64,000 bases of DNA from a virus: positions 8,497 to 72,496 of the IMG/VR virus record IMGVR_UViG_3300032323_002950; one strand, 5' to 3'. The position numbers were made by a program, and so were the translations under genes. Shown here piece by piece: positions 53,001 to 63,263 of the stretch (position 1 is the stretch's first letter; every line of letters begins with the position of its first letter). The notes under the pieces were generated by a model, which saw only the letters and a list, made by a program, of their open reading frames with translations, was not told the origin of the DNA and did no database searches.

Positions 53001-54867
53001 TAATACTCAACAAGTACCCGCACAACAACAAACAGGATTAAAACCCCAAGAAAATACTGACGTGTCAAATAAGACATCTTCAATATCCAAGTTTTTAATT
53101 AGAAAATTATTATCTGAATGTAATTACTTTGAAGTTATTAAAGAATCTGACCCATTTGTTTATCAATCAATTAAAGAAAAAATTAAATATTTTAATCCTG
53201 CCTTTCACGCAATAACTCCTGAGGGATTAAATAGTAGATTAACATTCTTAAATCAATGTACAAGACCTGGTAACACTATTCCGACTAAAACTCGGGATGG
53301 TAATGTTACAAATAATAATGTCGTTAATACAAGTTTTGGTAAACCTCCTGTTTTAGTTTTAAGAATTGGTGATTTTTATAACACAAAAATTATTCCTGGC
53401 TCAATACAATTTTCATATGAAGGATTAGATATTAATCCACAAGGTATTGGAGTACAACCTATGATTGCTAAAGTACAAATGAGTTTTGACTTTATTGGAG
53501 GTAGTGGGATTAAAGAACCAATTGAAAAGATACAAAACGCATTGTCATTTAATTATTATGCAAATACTGAACTTTATGATGACAGAGCAGTTGAGACAGA
53601 GGATTTTTCTTCGATTGATAATGAGTTATTCCAGTCAATTACTTCAAGACCTTTTGGAACTGATGCAACACAACAAGGTGAATTAGGAGGTACAATCATT
53701 GGTGAATTTGTAAGCGAGGTTCCATTATATAGCGGTAACACTAGTGGACAAACACAATACAAAACATTCTTTAATAGTTTCATACAAGAAACCCATGATT
53801 ATTTTGTTAATACTGTGAATTTCTCACAAGACATTGTATCGAGTTATAATTTAGGTATTTTGAAACAATTATGTTTAACTAGAAATTATAGTAATGGGTA
53901 TGTTAATCAATTAGAACAACCAAATACTAGTTTTTTAAATATTTTTGGTAAACCATCTTTATGGCAGACAAATTTAGAGGCAGTCTCAACTCAGTTTAAA
54001 GAATTGATAAATATTCAGGAAGACCCAATACTGAGAGTGTTAGCGTTTAATTATGAAGTATCAGAAGAGGATTTAGACAAAGTAACCTATAATTTTACAA
54101 ATATTGTTAATAATCAGATACAAAATAGTTTTACATTAATTAGTTCTAAAATTCAAAATTACGCAAATAGAGAAGCTTCATATAATCAGTATCTTAGAAA
54201 ATTAGATGTTGTTTCTTTTGGTATTGACGGTAAGAAAAAACCTGATGGAATTCCACAAGTTTTAAAATTGACAGGAACCACTGAAAATAATGAAAATAGT
54301 TTGGATGCAATAAAAAATGATTATTTAGTTGTTTATAGTTCATTAACTTCTTTTAATACTTTTTGTTTAAATCAAAAAGTAATATACACGGCAGGGACTG
54401 AAAACACAACCTTCTCAGCAGTTACCGATAGTTTAAATGCTACCGACATTGTAACGGCAAAGGCAATTAATTTAATGTATACTTTGTTTTCAGATGTTTT
54501 CTTAGATAGTAATAAAAAACAAAACTTTAAAAGTTTATTGTTTCAAAATTTAACATCTACAACTAGACAAATAACAATAGATGCTATAACAACAATTGTT
54601 GATAGTTATGTCAGTAAATTTTTGTCAGAATATACCGCAGAAAATGCTCATTTTACACAACTAATAAACTCTAATCAGGAGTATAAAACATATTATCAAT
54701 TTAATCCTCAAAGAAATGGATTATCATTATCACAGAAAACAAGAGTTTTAGATTTTTCAACATTTGACCAAACCGACCCTGATAAAGAAAAAATTTCTAA
54801 TTTATATAAGAGTGTTAATTTAAATGATGACAAAACCTCATTTAATGATAAGATAAATTTTAACTAA
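50074..54867 (+). CDS. Large baseplate/tail-tube-initiator protein
   Basis: WFPPYDLSF...FLGRPEPVYTYSNTKRTGTLSW and PPVLVLRIGDFY...QPMIAKVQMSF (tube-initiator-like fold); synteny. Confidence 0.55.
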   Translation: MEKNLLTFKGSEQFRKGLLARNLQSYQLTGYFTSNSENVDTETVINFQNTTVTDSPNISETVDGNNNQNVINNTKLNPYGPGGTEDIIDVADIINYPNQNSNSSVSLNDGSTFSLNNNQPYWPLTETKMDIVNEISIDTIGVLNSYVSSDNYNSLYFVSDTPLISNKSTKGEYPNFVEGQVTLNKVLEKSADNPDDSYLAQISTTFLDFQIRANIDRQIYGNTLGRANFQALTNPFSIAELATGQETLIQKNWVITVPDGVFDQAKYLTQQMTGSMLPTSPIEGSYFNEPDNKNATARQLLDTAFAGAYKPADPNNNPSKKFLNNTGSGQKSVLFKSLNYNTFKPDYDTTRTQAGLFFNALFNINRPSLVNYYVGSDVTDPSKVNSPVDDSPVNYLGQQTSSVVYGPTNMAKVYEGTVYQNYQFGLGEKPYDQRPSDDGGFIWASTDTINNAGKKVGEGGEASYGDFDNFIGNGINSYYLNAVSIDKGGFTPGSILDETQRLINSTPQGKKRLQHAGNAINQISKVFNDGYKEITKGSKVKKYVNKAGVEVGQEYGRLFAKDNPYYTYGNLQQTVSSDSGSAINGNIRKSSYSVLDSTYNLNIAPLAGNGSTNVTKEGSVKKYMFSIENLAWRGTPDWSDLPACEKGPNGGRVMWFPPYDLSFADTTSPQFDSTNFLGRPEPVYTYSNTKRTGTLSWSIIVDHPSVLNLIVDKELSKADSQTVNGVVASFFAGCKRYDLYELASKFNTLSFTDLTALYQEVLGSTQTSLEEKESAAQGLTPTTNNSQNNSDVITIQSDYKNKGFYFDNNPNPESFYEQYVSYTSEDVKTLYFSSNPQYSAETNTFFTDVIQSDYSKLDTFANEIKTIINEKKGKVTIELQGSKFSNTTNYDTINNTMLDSVINYFKETIYLGGTVFEDGTITIKLSTSVLDNVVLSNNVDFSCTEVLTPPNDVYSPNAMACRALRVKNVTVTPFPNNTQQVPAQQQTGLKPQENTDVSNKTSSISKFLIRKLLSECNYFEVIKESDPFVYQSIKEKIKYFNPAFHAITPEGLNSRLTFLNQCTRPGNTIPTKTRDGNVTNNNVVNTSFGKPPVLVLRIGDFYNTKIIPGSIQFSYEGLDINPQGIGVQPMIAKVQMSFDFIGGSGIKEPIEKIQNALSFNYYANTELYDDRAVETEDFSSIDNELFQSITSRPFGTDATQQGELGGTIIGEFVSEVPLYSGNTSGQTQYKTFFNSFIQETHDYFVNTVNFSQDIVSSYNLGILKQLCLTRNYSNGYVNQLEQPNTSFLNIFGKPSLWQTNLEAVSTQFKELINIQEDPILRVLAFNYEVSEEDLDKVTYNFTNIVNNQIQNSFTLISSKIQNYANREASYNQYLRKLDVVSFGIDGKKKPDGIPQVLKLTGTTENNENSLDAIKNDYLVVYSSLTSFNTFCLNQKVIYTAGTENTTFSAVTDSLNATDIVTAKAINLMYTLFSDVFLDSNKKQNFKSLLFQNLTSTTRQITIDAITTIVDSYVSKFLSEYTAENAHFTQLINSNQEYKTYYQFNPQRNGLSLSQKTRVLDFSTFDQTDPDKEKISNLYKSVNLNDDKTSFNDKINFN

Positions 54868-54869
54868 TA

Positions 54870-55193
54870 ATGGCTAACGAATATTATAATAGATATGTTA
54901 ACTTCACAAGTAATGGTGAATTTATAAATGTTCCATTTGTTCAGATACCTGCAAAAAATTCTGATAAAGTATACATTTATAAATTAGGAGTTTCTAGATT
55001 GGACAAAGTATCACAACAATACTATGGAACACCATTTTTTGGTTGGTTAATTTTACAATCAAATGGATTTGCCGGAGGTAGTGAAGTTGAAATTCCTGAT
55101 AATACTATTTTAAAAATACCATTCCCTTTGGAATCCTCTTTGTTAGATTATAAATCAGCAATAGACAATTATTTCTATTATTATGGCAAGTAA
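54870..55193 (+). CDS. LysM-like baseplate wedge protein (gp53/gpX-like)
   Basis: RLDKVSQQYYGTPFFGWLILQSN...ILKIP. Confidence 0.75.
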   Translation: MANEYYNRYVNFTSNGEFINVPFVQIPAKNSDKVYIYKLGVSRLDKVSQQYYGTPFFGWLILQSNGFAGGSEVEIPDNTILKIPFPLESSLLDYKSAIDNYFYYYGK

Positions 55194-58100
55194 CATTGTA
55201 CCTGGTGACATATATATTGAGAATAATTATAATAATATTTTTATAATTAATCCAAATAAGACTTATCAAACCTCAGATATTATAGGTGAAAACGAACTAA
55301 CCGTTGGAGATAGAAACCTAAAACAAGAGGATTTGGTGATGTATGCGAATTTGGAATGTAACATACAACCTAGGTCTAGATTACTTTTAGGTGACGATGG
55401 TGCGGGTGAGAATACTTTAATTGCAACATCAAAAGTCGATTTTTTAAAACCAAATGATGGGGACTTCTTCACAACAAATTGGACATTAGATGCGACAAAC
55501 ACAACTAATAGTCGAGTTATCAATAGTGAGTTGTTGGGTATTACTAACATTACTTATACAATTAATCCTTCATATGTACCTACGGTTAACATTACCTTAG
55601 AAGACATTAGGGGTCGAGCATTATTTGAATCTGGTGACGATTCACCATACTCAGTTTTTTTTAATTTACCGTATCCTGTATTTTATTTAACCTTAAAAGG
55701 TTTCTATGGTAAAGCTTTAAGGATGCCACTTTTCTTACAAAAATTTAATGGAAGTTTTAATCAATCAAATGGTAACTTCCAAGTCAATTTAACATTTGTA
55801 GGTTATAAATTTACAGTACTACAAGATTTAACAATTGGTGACTTATTCGCCCTACCTAAGATGTATATGAAACAAACCAATGGTAATAATACCGCATCAT
55901 TGGCTTCACAAAGTAGTGGTAATTTAGGTCAAAATACTCAGTCGGAAACTGTTTTAACATACAGAGGAATTGAATTTATTAATAAAGTATATGAGGATTA
56001 TAAAAATTTAAAAATCATAGATAATGATTTTCCAAACCTTACAGTACCTGAATTACAATATAGATTAGAAAATTTTGTTGCTACGGTATTAGAAAAGTTT
56101 GGAAATGAAAGTATGGGTCCGTTAAACGACTGTGATTTGTTTCAAGACGCTATTAGTCAATACAGAAGACAAGTTGTAACTAGCCCATCTGAGTCGTTTT
56201 TAAATTTGTATATGAATAAAACGGCTTTTTGGATAAGAGTTGTTACAGATGCGAATGGGGAAAAGAAAAAAATAAAAGTTTATACTCCAATATCGTCACC
56301 AACACCATACGAAATTAATCAAAAATTACAACAAATTTGTAATACAAACATTATAAAAATCACATCAAATCAGAGTTTAGGTGATGGGGGTAAATATAGA
56401 ATTTTGATGGTTCCAAGAGCAAGTGATTGCGAAGCATATGGAACTGAAATATCTGAAAGTGATATCGACTTAATTGAAACATTAAAGGCAAGAACAAAAA
56501 AAGATACTTTTACGGATACTGAGATACAGGCTTTAAGGGCTGAGTTAAGTCTTTATTTTACATATTATAATTCTAGATATACACAAGATACTCAAAATCA
56601 ACAAGTCCCATACCCTCCTTTTTATATCTTCGATGGACCATTTAGGTTTATTGACAAATTAAATAAATGTGATAAATCTTTCCAAACAAAAAAAGAAGAA
56701 ATTGAGAAAGAGACAACTGAAAAGTTGGCTAAGGCGTTAGAAAGTGATAATGGTCTCGGATTTAAACCAAGTGTTAAGAATATTATTGCGGTATTCATGG
56801 CGTCGAGTGAGGCGTTTTTAAGATTAATGAATGAAGTTCACTTTAAAGCATTTAATCAAAGAAATAACGAAACTAAAAGAGCGGTTGTATCAAATCAAAA
56901 TTTGTTACCGCAAGTTCAGGATATTCAAACAAATGAAATTGACCCTCCTGTATTTCCATGGCCTCAATTTGTTGTTCCAAAACAAATTAATAATGAACAA
57001 AAATTTGAGGTACAATATCCTGGTGATGCTAAATATATTTCAGAAACTGGCGCTGATGATTATAATGTTTGGCCTGAGGTTGAATTTGTTGAGGAATATA
57101 TGACGGCAAGTGTTCAGGTAGATATACCACAACTAAGTGCCACGGCACCTCCAAATAGTGTTAATCGACTTTTGATTTCTGCTTTTGATATTCCATTAAC
57201 CAATATTTCATATTCAAATTTACAAGTTGTAAATTATTTGTATGAAATGTATGAAAGGATTTACTCTATTTCACAATATGATGGATTTGATTTTACAATT
57301 GAAGATAATATTTCGTTATTACAGTCGGTCGTTGATTTTGAATCTTATAATATTAACGTGACTGTAAGTCTAAGTGCTGAATTGGCTTACATATTCAAAC
57401 AATACCGAATACCAAATATTGCAACTTTTGTTAATTTATTATTTGAAAAAAGTAATAATGGTACAAGTGAGAAATGGCAAAAACTTCTTTATGGAGAGTT
57501 AAATACTAAGTATTTGTATAGTGGTATTACAAGTAGTGTTTTATTTTTAGATGAGGACTTACCAACCGTTGAAGTAATATCCTCGGCGGATACAGAAAAA
57601 GGTATTACTGAATTTTTTGAGAAAAAACTTTGTGATACTCTAAGAAACTTTGATTTTGTTTCTCAATTACCACCATTTGTTTATTCTGATGTTTCCAATA
57701 TTTGGTTACAAGAAAATATGGGTGGAAATATGACAACAAAAGAAGACCCAAAAAATTTCTTTAAAGTTTCAAAGAGTTTGAATTTAAACAGATACAACAA
57801 AAAAGTTACTAACTATAATGACTCCAACATATATGGAAAAGTTGGCGACAAGTTATATAATCGACCAATTGTAGATTTTGAAACATTAGATAAAGTAATT
57901 ACATTACCATTAGAAGGTAGTTTAACCGATTTTTATAGTAACAGGACAGTTTATTCATTGACCGAAGGTAGATTAAGATACTCAACATCATATAATGGTA
58001 ATGTGGGTAGAGACCAATCAACATCTATTCTTAATACGCCATATTTTATTAATGCGATAATGGAAGGTGTTGAATTGGAAAGAAACGCAAATACTCAACC

Positions 58101-61100
58101 TTGTTATAAATCTGCGGCTTACCTTTTCTTAAATAGTTTACCATTATCAACACTACGTGAAAAATTCCAAACTCAATTTTTGAACCTTTCTTCATTGACT
58201 GGTCTTGAAAGAGATTATATAAGTGCCGCGATGACCAGATTTGGAACTATACAAGCCATGCCAAAACTTTGGGTGTATAAAATAGGTTCTATTTGGCACA
58301 GGTATAAAGAGAAAATTGATAACGGTATTGATATTATTGATGACATATGGAGAAACGTTGATGAGAATAGTTTATTTGACCCATTAAATAATCAACCATC
58401 AAAAAATTATACCCTAACAATTTCAGATACAGATGTTAATATATCTTTAAAAAGTACCATTTCAACAGAAAGTGGAACAATCAAACAACAGTGTTTAGGA
58501 TTTTATCCAAAGGTAATCAATGACTTTAATTATTTCTTTAATGGGTCTGACATATATGGGTCAAACCAATCAATTCAGTTAGATTTACAAGACAGAATTG
58601 ATAGTGGCGACTTAGTTGTTAGATATGTAACACAAAGTATAAATGCGACGACTAATCCAAACGACACTTTAATTTATCCGTTTAGTGTTTTAGTTAGAGA
58701 TGCTGTTGACCAAACACTTTATTATACTATACCATCATTTGGTAGTACTGTATATCAAAATTACCAAGAGTGTTATAATGCAGACCCTGCTAAAAAAATA
58801 GATATGTTTGATAACCAATCTATATATAATGGCTCAATGAGATTGGCTTGGGGGTTACCTAACTTTGGATATTTTGACACAAGTCTTGTTGAAAAACCAA
58901 CGGTTGAGGAACACATGAAAAAAATCTTAACAACCGCTGATACCGCAACTTATGCTAGTGGTAAAGTAAAACAAGACACATTTGCTTTAAGAGGTAAAGA
59001 CACTACAACACCAAAATTATATGATACAATTGAAGAATTATTTGGAGTATTCACATTAAAAGAATTAGATGAGTTTGAAAAAGAGTTTTTAAGTTTTTCA
59101 AAACCGGCAATAAGTTCAGATAAAGAAGTTTCTTTCCAAACGATACTGAGGGATATTGTAAAATATGGTTACGCTATTACATCTAGTGATACTGAAAAAG
59201 TTATTCAAAATGTTCAAAATCAAAGTAATAATAATTTATCAAATAAATTAAAATCATATTTGGGTGATGATGTTCTTATTAAAATTGCTAACCCAACAAA
59301 ATACGACGTTCAAACTAATAATTATTTTTTCAGTGACACAACATCCCAAACAACATCATACGAGTCAAATTTACAAACCGTTTTAAATTATAATACTGCA
59401 ACTCCAAACGTTTTACCATCATCTGCTCAAACAATAACTTTACAAAATTCACAAGATACTTACCAAAATGAATGGAATGCTCTTAAAAAATATGTAGGGT
59501 TCTCTACAATTTCCGGGTTGACGTATACTGATACAGGGTCTTACTATACTGATTTCTTTATAGATAATAATATTGCATTTAATGTTGATAATATTATTTT
59601 ATTCCAAAACTTAATTAAAAGTTATGGAACTTATAAATTAATTGGTAAGAAGTTTGCTAACACTTTTAATGATTTTATTACAGTTAGATTAAATATTTAT
59701 GGTACAAATGCAAATTCTTTATTTGTTGGAGTTATACAACAACTAAATGCTATAATTGGAAATGCTAATAAAAAATCGACTGATTCGAGTATTATTGGTG
59801 AGGTAACTCCTATTGAAACTTATGACAGATTTAAGGCGATTAACGATAAGTGGATTGCGGGTAATGACTATCAAAGAAATACACTATTCCAAGATGTATT
59901 ATTTTTAGATAGAGGAAATCGAGATGTGGGTAATAATATTTTGGTAGATATAAAACCTATTAAAAATTGGATTAAAAATGGAGCAAAGGCAAGCGTTGAA
60001 ACAGTTATTAAATCAATTATACAATCAAATAATTTTGTAATTTTTAATATACCTTCTTACATTAACTTTTATGGAGTACCAACACCTACAGGTTCTGATA
60101 CTCCAAATATAAATCCTGACACTAATTTTGCAAATTCGTTATTTGGTACATATGCTGAAGTAGATTATTTAGATTCAAGAAATAAATTAGTTTGTTTTTA
60201 CTCAGAAGTCCCATCTCAAAATACCGCAGTACCACAAAGTAAAACCGCTTACAAAGACGACACATGGAATTTTAACGGACAAACACCATTAAATGAAAAT
60301 CCAACAAACAAAGTTGATTACGGAATTTCAAATAGAGTTGTTGGATTTTCTGTGGATTACGGAATCCAAACTCAATCTGTATTTAATGGATTAGAAGTAT
60401 CACAAGATTTAGGTAAGGCAACCTCTGAGTCAATCCAAGCTGAATATGAATTAAGAAATGTAACAGCAGGTGTTAAATCAAGTACTCAAAATGTAAGTTT
60501 ATTTAATATTTACAAAACTAGGTCTTACCAAGCAAAAGTTGAGTGTTTAGGAAATGCAATGATACAACCATCAATGTATTTTGTTTTGAGAAATGTCCCA
60601 ATGTTTGAAGGTCCATATTGGATTACAAGTGTTACTCATGTCATTACTCCTAATAATTTTAAAACATCATTCTCAGGTACAAGACAGAGAATTGCTGAGT
60701 TACCAACAAATGATAGTTATTTACAAAGTGTTAGACAAAAATTCTTAACCCAAGTTAGAAAGACTGGAAATAAAGAAACTGCACAACAGGCTCCCGCAAC
60801 AAATGTTAATCAAATTCAAAATAACATTTCAAAAAATATTTCAAATACTAAGGCGGCAAGTCCAATTAATGCTTGTTCCGCAACTGACTTTATTACTTTC
60901 TATGGAGATACTCCGGCACCAACAAAAGTTTCATTTATTGACACATATAATGCTTTAACAGGTGTTACAGATAATCAAATTTTAAGATATGCTTTATTTA
61001 CGATAATGTATATTGAGTCAGAAGTTTCGGTAAATAATTTTAAAGGTTATGATAATAACTATGGAAGTATACCAATGAAAAAACCACCAATTTCAGGTAC

Positions 61101-61428
61101 ATTAACAGATTATTTAAATCCAAAATATATTTGTTTAAGTCTTAATAATGTGTCTGAGGCGTATGCATCATTTAAAGATTTTAATAATTTTATTAATTTC
61201 TTGAATGTAAAATATCAATCTTTAATTCTTAGAAAAATCACTAGTGTTAATAAAAATGATTTTATTACTCAGTTTGCTCAATATTATATTGAAAGTTATC
61301 CTGTTGATAAAGTAACTGCAACACCAACAATATATGATAATTATAAAAATACTAATCCAAGTTATTATAGTCAGTTGTTGGGTAAGATTGCTAAGTCTTA
61401 CGTTACTTGTATAACACTTAAATTGTAA
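55183..61428 (+). CDS. Giant baseplate hub-like protein
   Basis: LGITNI...DIRGRALF at the N-terminus; YQAKVECLGNAMIQPSMYF...GPYWITSVTHVITPNNFKTSFSGTR (gp27/gpD-like hub end). Confidence 0.6.
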   Translation: MASNIVPGDIYIENNYNNIFIINPNKTYQTSDIIGENELTVGDRNLKQEDLVMYANLECNIQPRSRLLLGDDGAGENTLIATSKVDFLKPNDGDFFTTNWTLDATNTTNSRVINSELLGITNITYTINPSYVPTVNITLEDIRGRALFESGDDSPYSVFFNLPYPVFYLTLKGFYGKALRMPLFLQKFNGSFNQSNGNFQVNLTFVGYKFTVLQDLTIGDLFALPKMYMKQTNGNNTASLASQSSGNLGQNTQSETVLTYRGIEFINKVYEDYKNLKIIDNDFPNLTVPELQYRLENFVATVLEKFGNESMGPLNDCDLFQDAISQYRRQVVTSPSESFLNLYMNKTAFWIRVVTDANGEKKKIKVYTPISSPTPYEINQKLQQICNTNIIKITSNQSLGDGGKYRILMVPRASDCEAYGTEISESDIDLIETLKARTKKDTFTDTEIQALRAELSLYFTYYNSRYTQDTQNQQVPYPPFYIFDGPFRFIDKLNKCDKSFQTKKEEIEKETTEKLAKALESDNGLGFKPSVKNIIAVFMASSEAFLRLMNEVHFKAFNQRNNETKRAVVSNQNLLPQVQDIQTNEIDPPVFPWPQFVVPKQINNEQKFEVQYPGDAKYISETGADDYNVWPEVEFVEEYMTASVQVDIPQLSATAPPNSVNRLLISAFDIPLTNISYSNLQVVNYLYEMYERIYSISQYDGFDFTIEDNISLLQSVVDFESYNINVTVSLSAELAYIFKQYRIPNIATFVNLLFEKSNNGTSEKWQKLLYGELNTKYLYSGITSSVLFLDEDLPTVEVISSADTEKGITEFFEKKLCDTLRNFDFVSQLPPFVYSDVSNIWLQENMGGNMTTKEDPKNFFKVSKSLNLNRYNKKVTNYNDSNIYGKVGDKLYNRPIVDFETLDKVITLPLEGSLTDFYSNRTVYSLTEGRLRYSTSYNGNVGRDQSTSILNTPYFINAIMEGVELERNANTQPCYKSAAYLFLNSLPLSTLREKFQTQFLNLSSLTGLERDYISAAMTRFGTIQAMPKLWVYKIGSIWHRYKEKIDNGIDIIDDIWRNVDENSLFDPLNNQPSKNYTLTISDTDVNISLKSTISTESGTIKQQCLGFYPKVINDFNYFFNGSDIYGSNQSIQLDLQDRIDSGDLVVRYVTQSINATTNPNDTLIYPFSVLVRDAVDQTLYYTIPSFGSTVYQNYQECYNADPAKKIDMFDNQSIYNGSMRLAWGLPNFGYFDTSLVEKPTVEEHMKKILTTADTATYASGKVKQDTFALRGKDTTTPKLYDTIEELFGVFTLKELDEFEKEFLSFSKPAISSDKEVSFQTILRDIVKYGYAITSSDTEKVIQNVQNQSNNNLSNKLKSYLGDDVLIKIANPTKYDVQTNNYFFSDTTSQTTSYESNLQTVLNYNTATPNVLPSSAQTITLQNSQDTYQNEWNALKKYVGFSTISGLTYTDTGSYYTDFFIDNNIAFNVDNIILFQNLIKSYGTYKLIGKKFANTFNDFITVRLNIYGTNANSLFVGVIQQLNAIIGNANKKSTDSSIIGEVTPIETYDRFKAINDKWIAGNDYQRNTLFQDVLFLDRGNRDVGNNILVDIKPIKNWIKNGAKASVETVIKSIIQSNNFVIFNIPSYINFYGVPTPTGSDTPNINPDTNFANSLFGTYAEVDYLDSRNKLVCFYSEVPSQNTAVPQSKTAYKDDTWNFNGQTPLNENPTNKVDYGISNRVVGFSVDYGIQTQSVFNGLEVSQDLGKATSESIQAEYELRNVTAGVKSSTQNVSLFNIYKTRSYQAKVECLGNAMIQPSMYFVLRNVPMFEGPYWITSVTHVITPNNFKTSFSGTRQRIAELPTNDSYLQSVRQKFLTQVRKTGNKETAQQAPATNVNQIQNNISKNISNTKAASPINACSATDFITFYGDTPAPTKVSFIDTYNALTGVTDNQILRYALFTIMYIESEVSVNNFKGYDNNYGSIPMKKPPISGTLTDYLNPKYICLSLNNVSEAYASFKDFNNFINFLNVKYQSLILRKITSVNKNDFITQFAQYYIESYPVDKVTATPTIYDNYKNTNPSYYSQLLGKIAKSYVTCITLKL

Positions 61429-61465
61429 TTTATTTAATTAACGATATATTTATAATAAAAAAACT

Positions 61466-61690
61466 ATGGACGTAAAAACATTATTAGAAAATTACTTAGG
61501 TAAAAGAGCCAATATCACCGAAAGAGATGCCGGACACGGATTTAAAGAAGTATGTGATTTGGATACTGGTGATTGTTACACTGTAAGAATGAAAGACGGT
61601 CTTATTGAAAGAGTGGATAACACTTATATGACAAATAAAAAAATCAAAGTTGAAACAACAACAGGTATAAAGCAATTATTAAACGGATAA
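61466..61690 (+). CDS. Hypothetical protein
   Basis: 74-aa ORF after TATTTATA; VCDLDTGDC. Confidence 0.65.
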   Translation: MDVKTLLENYLGKRANITERDAGHGFKEVCDLDTGDCYTVRMKDGLIERVDNTYMTNKKIKVETTTGIKQLLNG

Positions 61691-61691
61691 G

Positions 61692-62354
61692 ATGAGTCAA
61701 ACTTCACAAGCAATATTAGAGGAATTAAAAAAATATAATAAAATAAATAATTATATTTTTGAACAAGAGACCGGTGAGTTACCTCCACCACCTGCAGAAC
61801 CAACTGATGACCCAGCGGCATTACCACCGGCGGATGCGGGGACTACACCTCCACCGGCAGACACTGAGGCAGAACCACAACCCGTAGATATTGAAAATGA
61901 CCCTGATGTTGAAAAAATAGATGATTCTGGTGAAGATGTGTCATCTGAAGATAGTGACGAATTGGAGATTACTGATTTAGTATCTGCACAAAAAAACATA
62001 GAAACAAAACAAGAAGAATACTTTCAAAATTTATTTAACCAATTAGGTAATTTGGAATCTAAATTACAAGACATGAATTCGGTAATTGAGAAACTAAATT
62101 CAATTGAAAGTAAAATTGAAAAATATAGAGAAAAGACTCCACAAGAAAAATTAGAACTTAGAAGTTTGGACTCAGGACCATTCAATCAAAAACTTACAGA
62201 TTTCTTTGCCGACAAAGAAGAAGATTTGGAAAAATCAGGAAAAAATGAATATATTTTAACAACTGATGAAGTTGAGGATTATTCACCTGATGAAATTAAA
62301 AGAACTTTTGACACTTATACTGACGAAGACGATTTTAAAGAAATTAAATACTAA
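61692..62354 (+). CDS. Acidic Pro-rich coiled-coil hypothetical protein
   Basis: 220-aa ORF; acidic/Pro linker followed by heptad repeats. Confidence 0.7.
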   Translation: MSQTSQAILEELKKYNKINNYIFEQETGELPPPPAEPTDDPAALPPADAGTTPPPADTEAEPQPVDIENDPDVEKIDDSGEDVSSEDSDELEITDLVSAQKNIETKQEEYFQNLFNQLGNLESKLQDMNSVIEKLNSIESKIEKYREKTPQEKLELRSLDSGPFNQKLTDFFADKEEDLEKSGKNEYILTTDEVEDYSPDEIKRTFDTYTDEDDFKEIKY

Positions 62355-62361
62355 AAAGGTA

Positions 62362-62393
62362 TTTGACATTTACGGCTGACACACTTACATTTG
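62362..62393 (+). promoter_or_regulatory. Early/middle promoter of SSB-recA
   Basis: TTTG(62362)-20nt-TACATTTG(62386) matches the Bacteroidota -33/-7 consensus; also TTGACA-17-TACATT. Confidence 0.75.
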
Positions 62394-62420
62394 TTTATTA
62401 ACTATTAATTTATATATAAC

Positions 62421-63263
62421 ATGGCGACAAATTCCTTAGATGCTGTACTCGCTCAGTATGAAAAAGCGAAAGGTGGGACAAGTTCCACAAACAAAATGTC
62501 TCAAGAAGACAGAATGAAAAAGTATTTTGCGGCTATTCTTACGCAAAACGAAACATCGGGTCAAAAAAGACTTCGTATTTTACCAACTCCTGATGGGTCA
62601 TCGCCCTTCAAAGAAGTTTGGTATCACGAAGTTCAAGTTGAGGGTAAATGGAATAAAATCTATGACCCTGGAAAGAATGACAATGAGCGTTCACCTTTGA
62701 CAGAAATTCACGATGAGTTAATGTCAACAGGAAAAGAATCTGATAAAGAACTTGCAAAGGCTTACAAACCTCGTAAATTCTATATCGTTAAAGTGATTGA
62801 CCGTGATAACGAAGCGGACGGAGTTAAATTCTGGCGTTTCAAACACAATTACAAAAACGAAGGTATCTTAGACAAAATCATTCCGATTTGGAAGGCTAAA
62901 GGTGATATTACTGACCCTGTAAATGGTCGTGACTTAATCATCGAATTGGCTAAGGCTAAGACTCCAAAAGGTGCCACTTACACAGTTATTCAGACTGTAA
63001 TGCACGACGACCCATCACCTGTTCACACAGATGCTGAAACAGCTAAGTCTTGGACTGAAGACCCACTTACTTGGGCTGATGTTTACTCTAAAAAACCTGT
63101 TGAGTATTTGGAAGCAATTGCTCGTGGAGAAACTCCAAGATGGTCATCTGAATTGGGTAAATATGTTTATGGTGATAGTACATCAGATGAAAGTACTATC
63201 GGTGGAGCATCATATGTTGACCCACAGGCAGACGCAGAACCCGATGGTGATTTACCATTCTAA
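62421..63263 (+). CDS. Single-stranded DNA-binding protein (T4 gp32-like)
   Basis: RLRILP, PFKEVWYH, FYIVKVIDR, DITDPVNGRDL, acidic tail ending DGDLPF. Confidence 0.85.
   Translation: MATNSLDAVLAQYEKAKGGTSSTNKMSQEDRMKKYFAAILTQNETSGQKRLRILPTPDGSSPFKEVWYHEVQVEGKWNKIYDPGKNDNERSPLTEIHDELMSTGKESDKELAKAYKPRKFYIVKVIDRDNEADGVKFWRFKHNYKNEGILDKIIPIWKAKGDITDPVNGRDLIIELAKAKTPKGATYTVIQTVMHDDPSPVHTDAETAKSWTEDPLTWADVYSKKPVEYLEAIARGETPRWSSELGKYVYGDSTSDESTIGGASYVDPQADAEPDGDLPF

Noticed and set aside
660-61999. Numerous 60-100 aa ORFs nested in or antisense to long genes
   Set aside because: They overlap well-supported genes and lack motifs or start signals; expected by chance.
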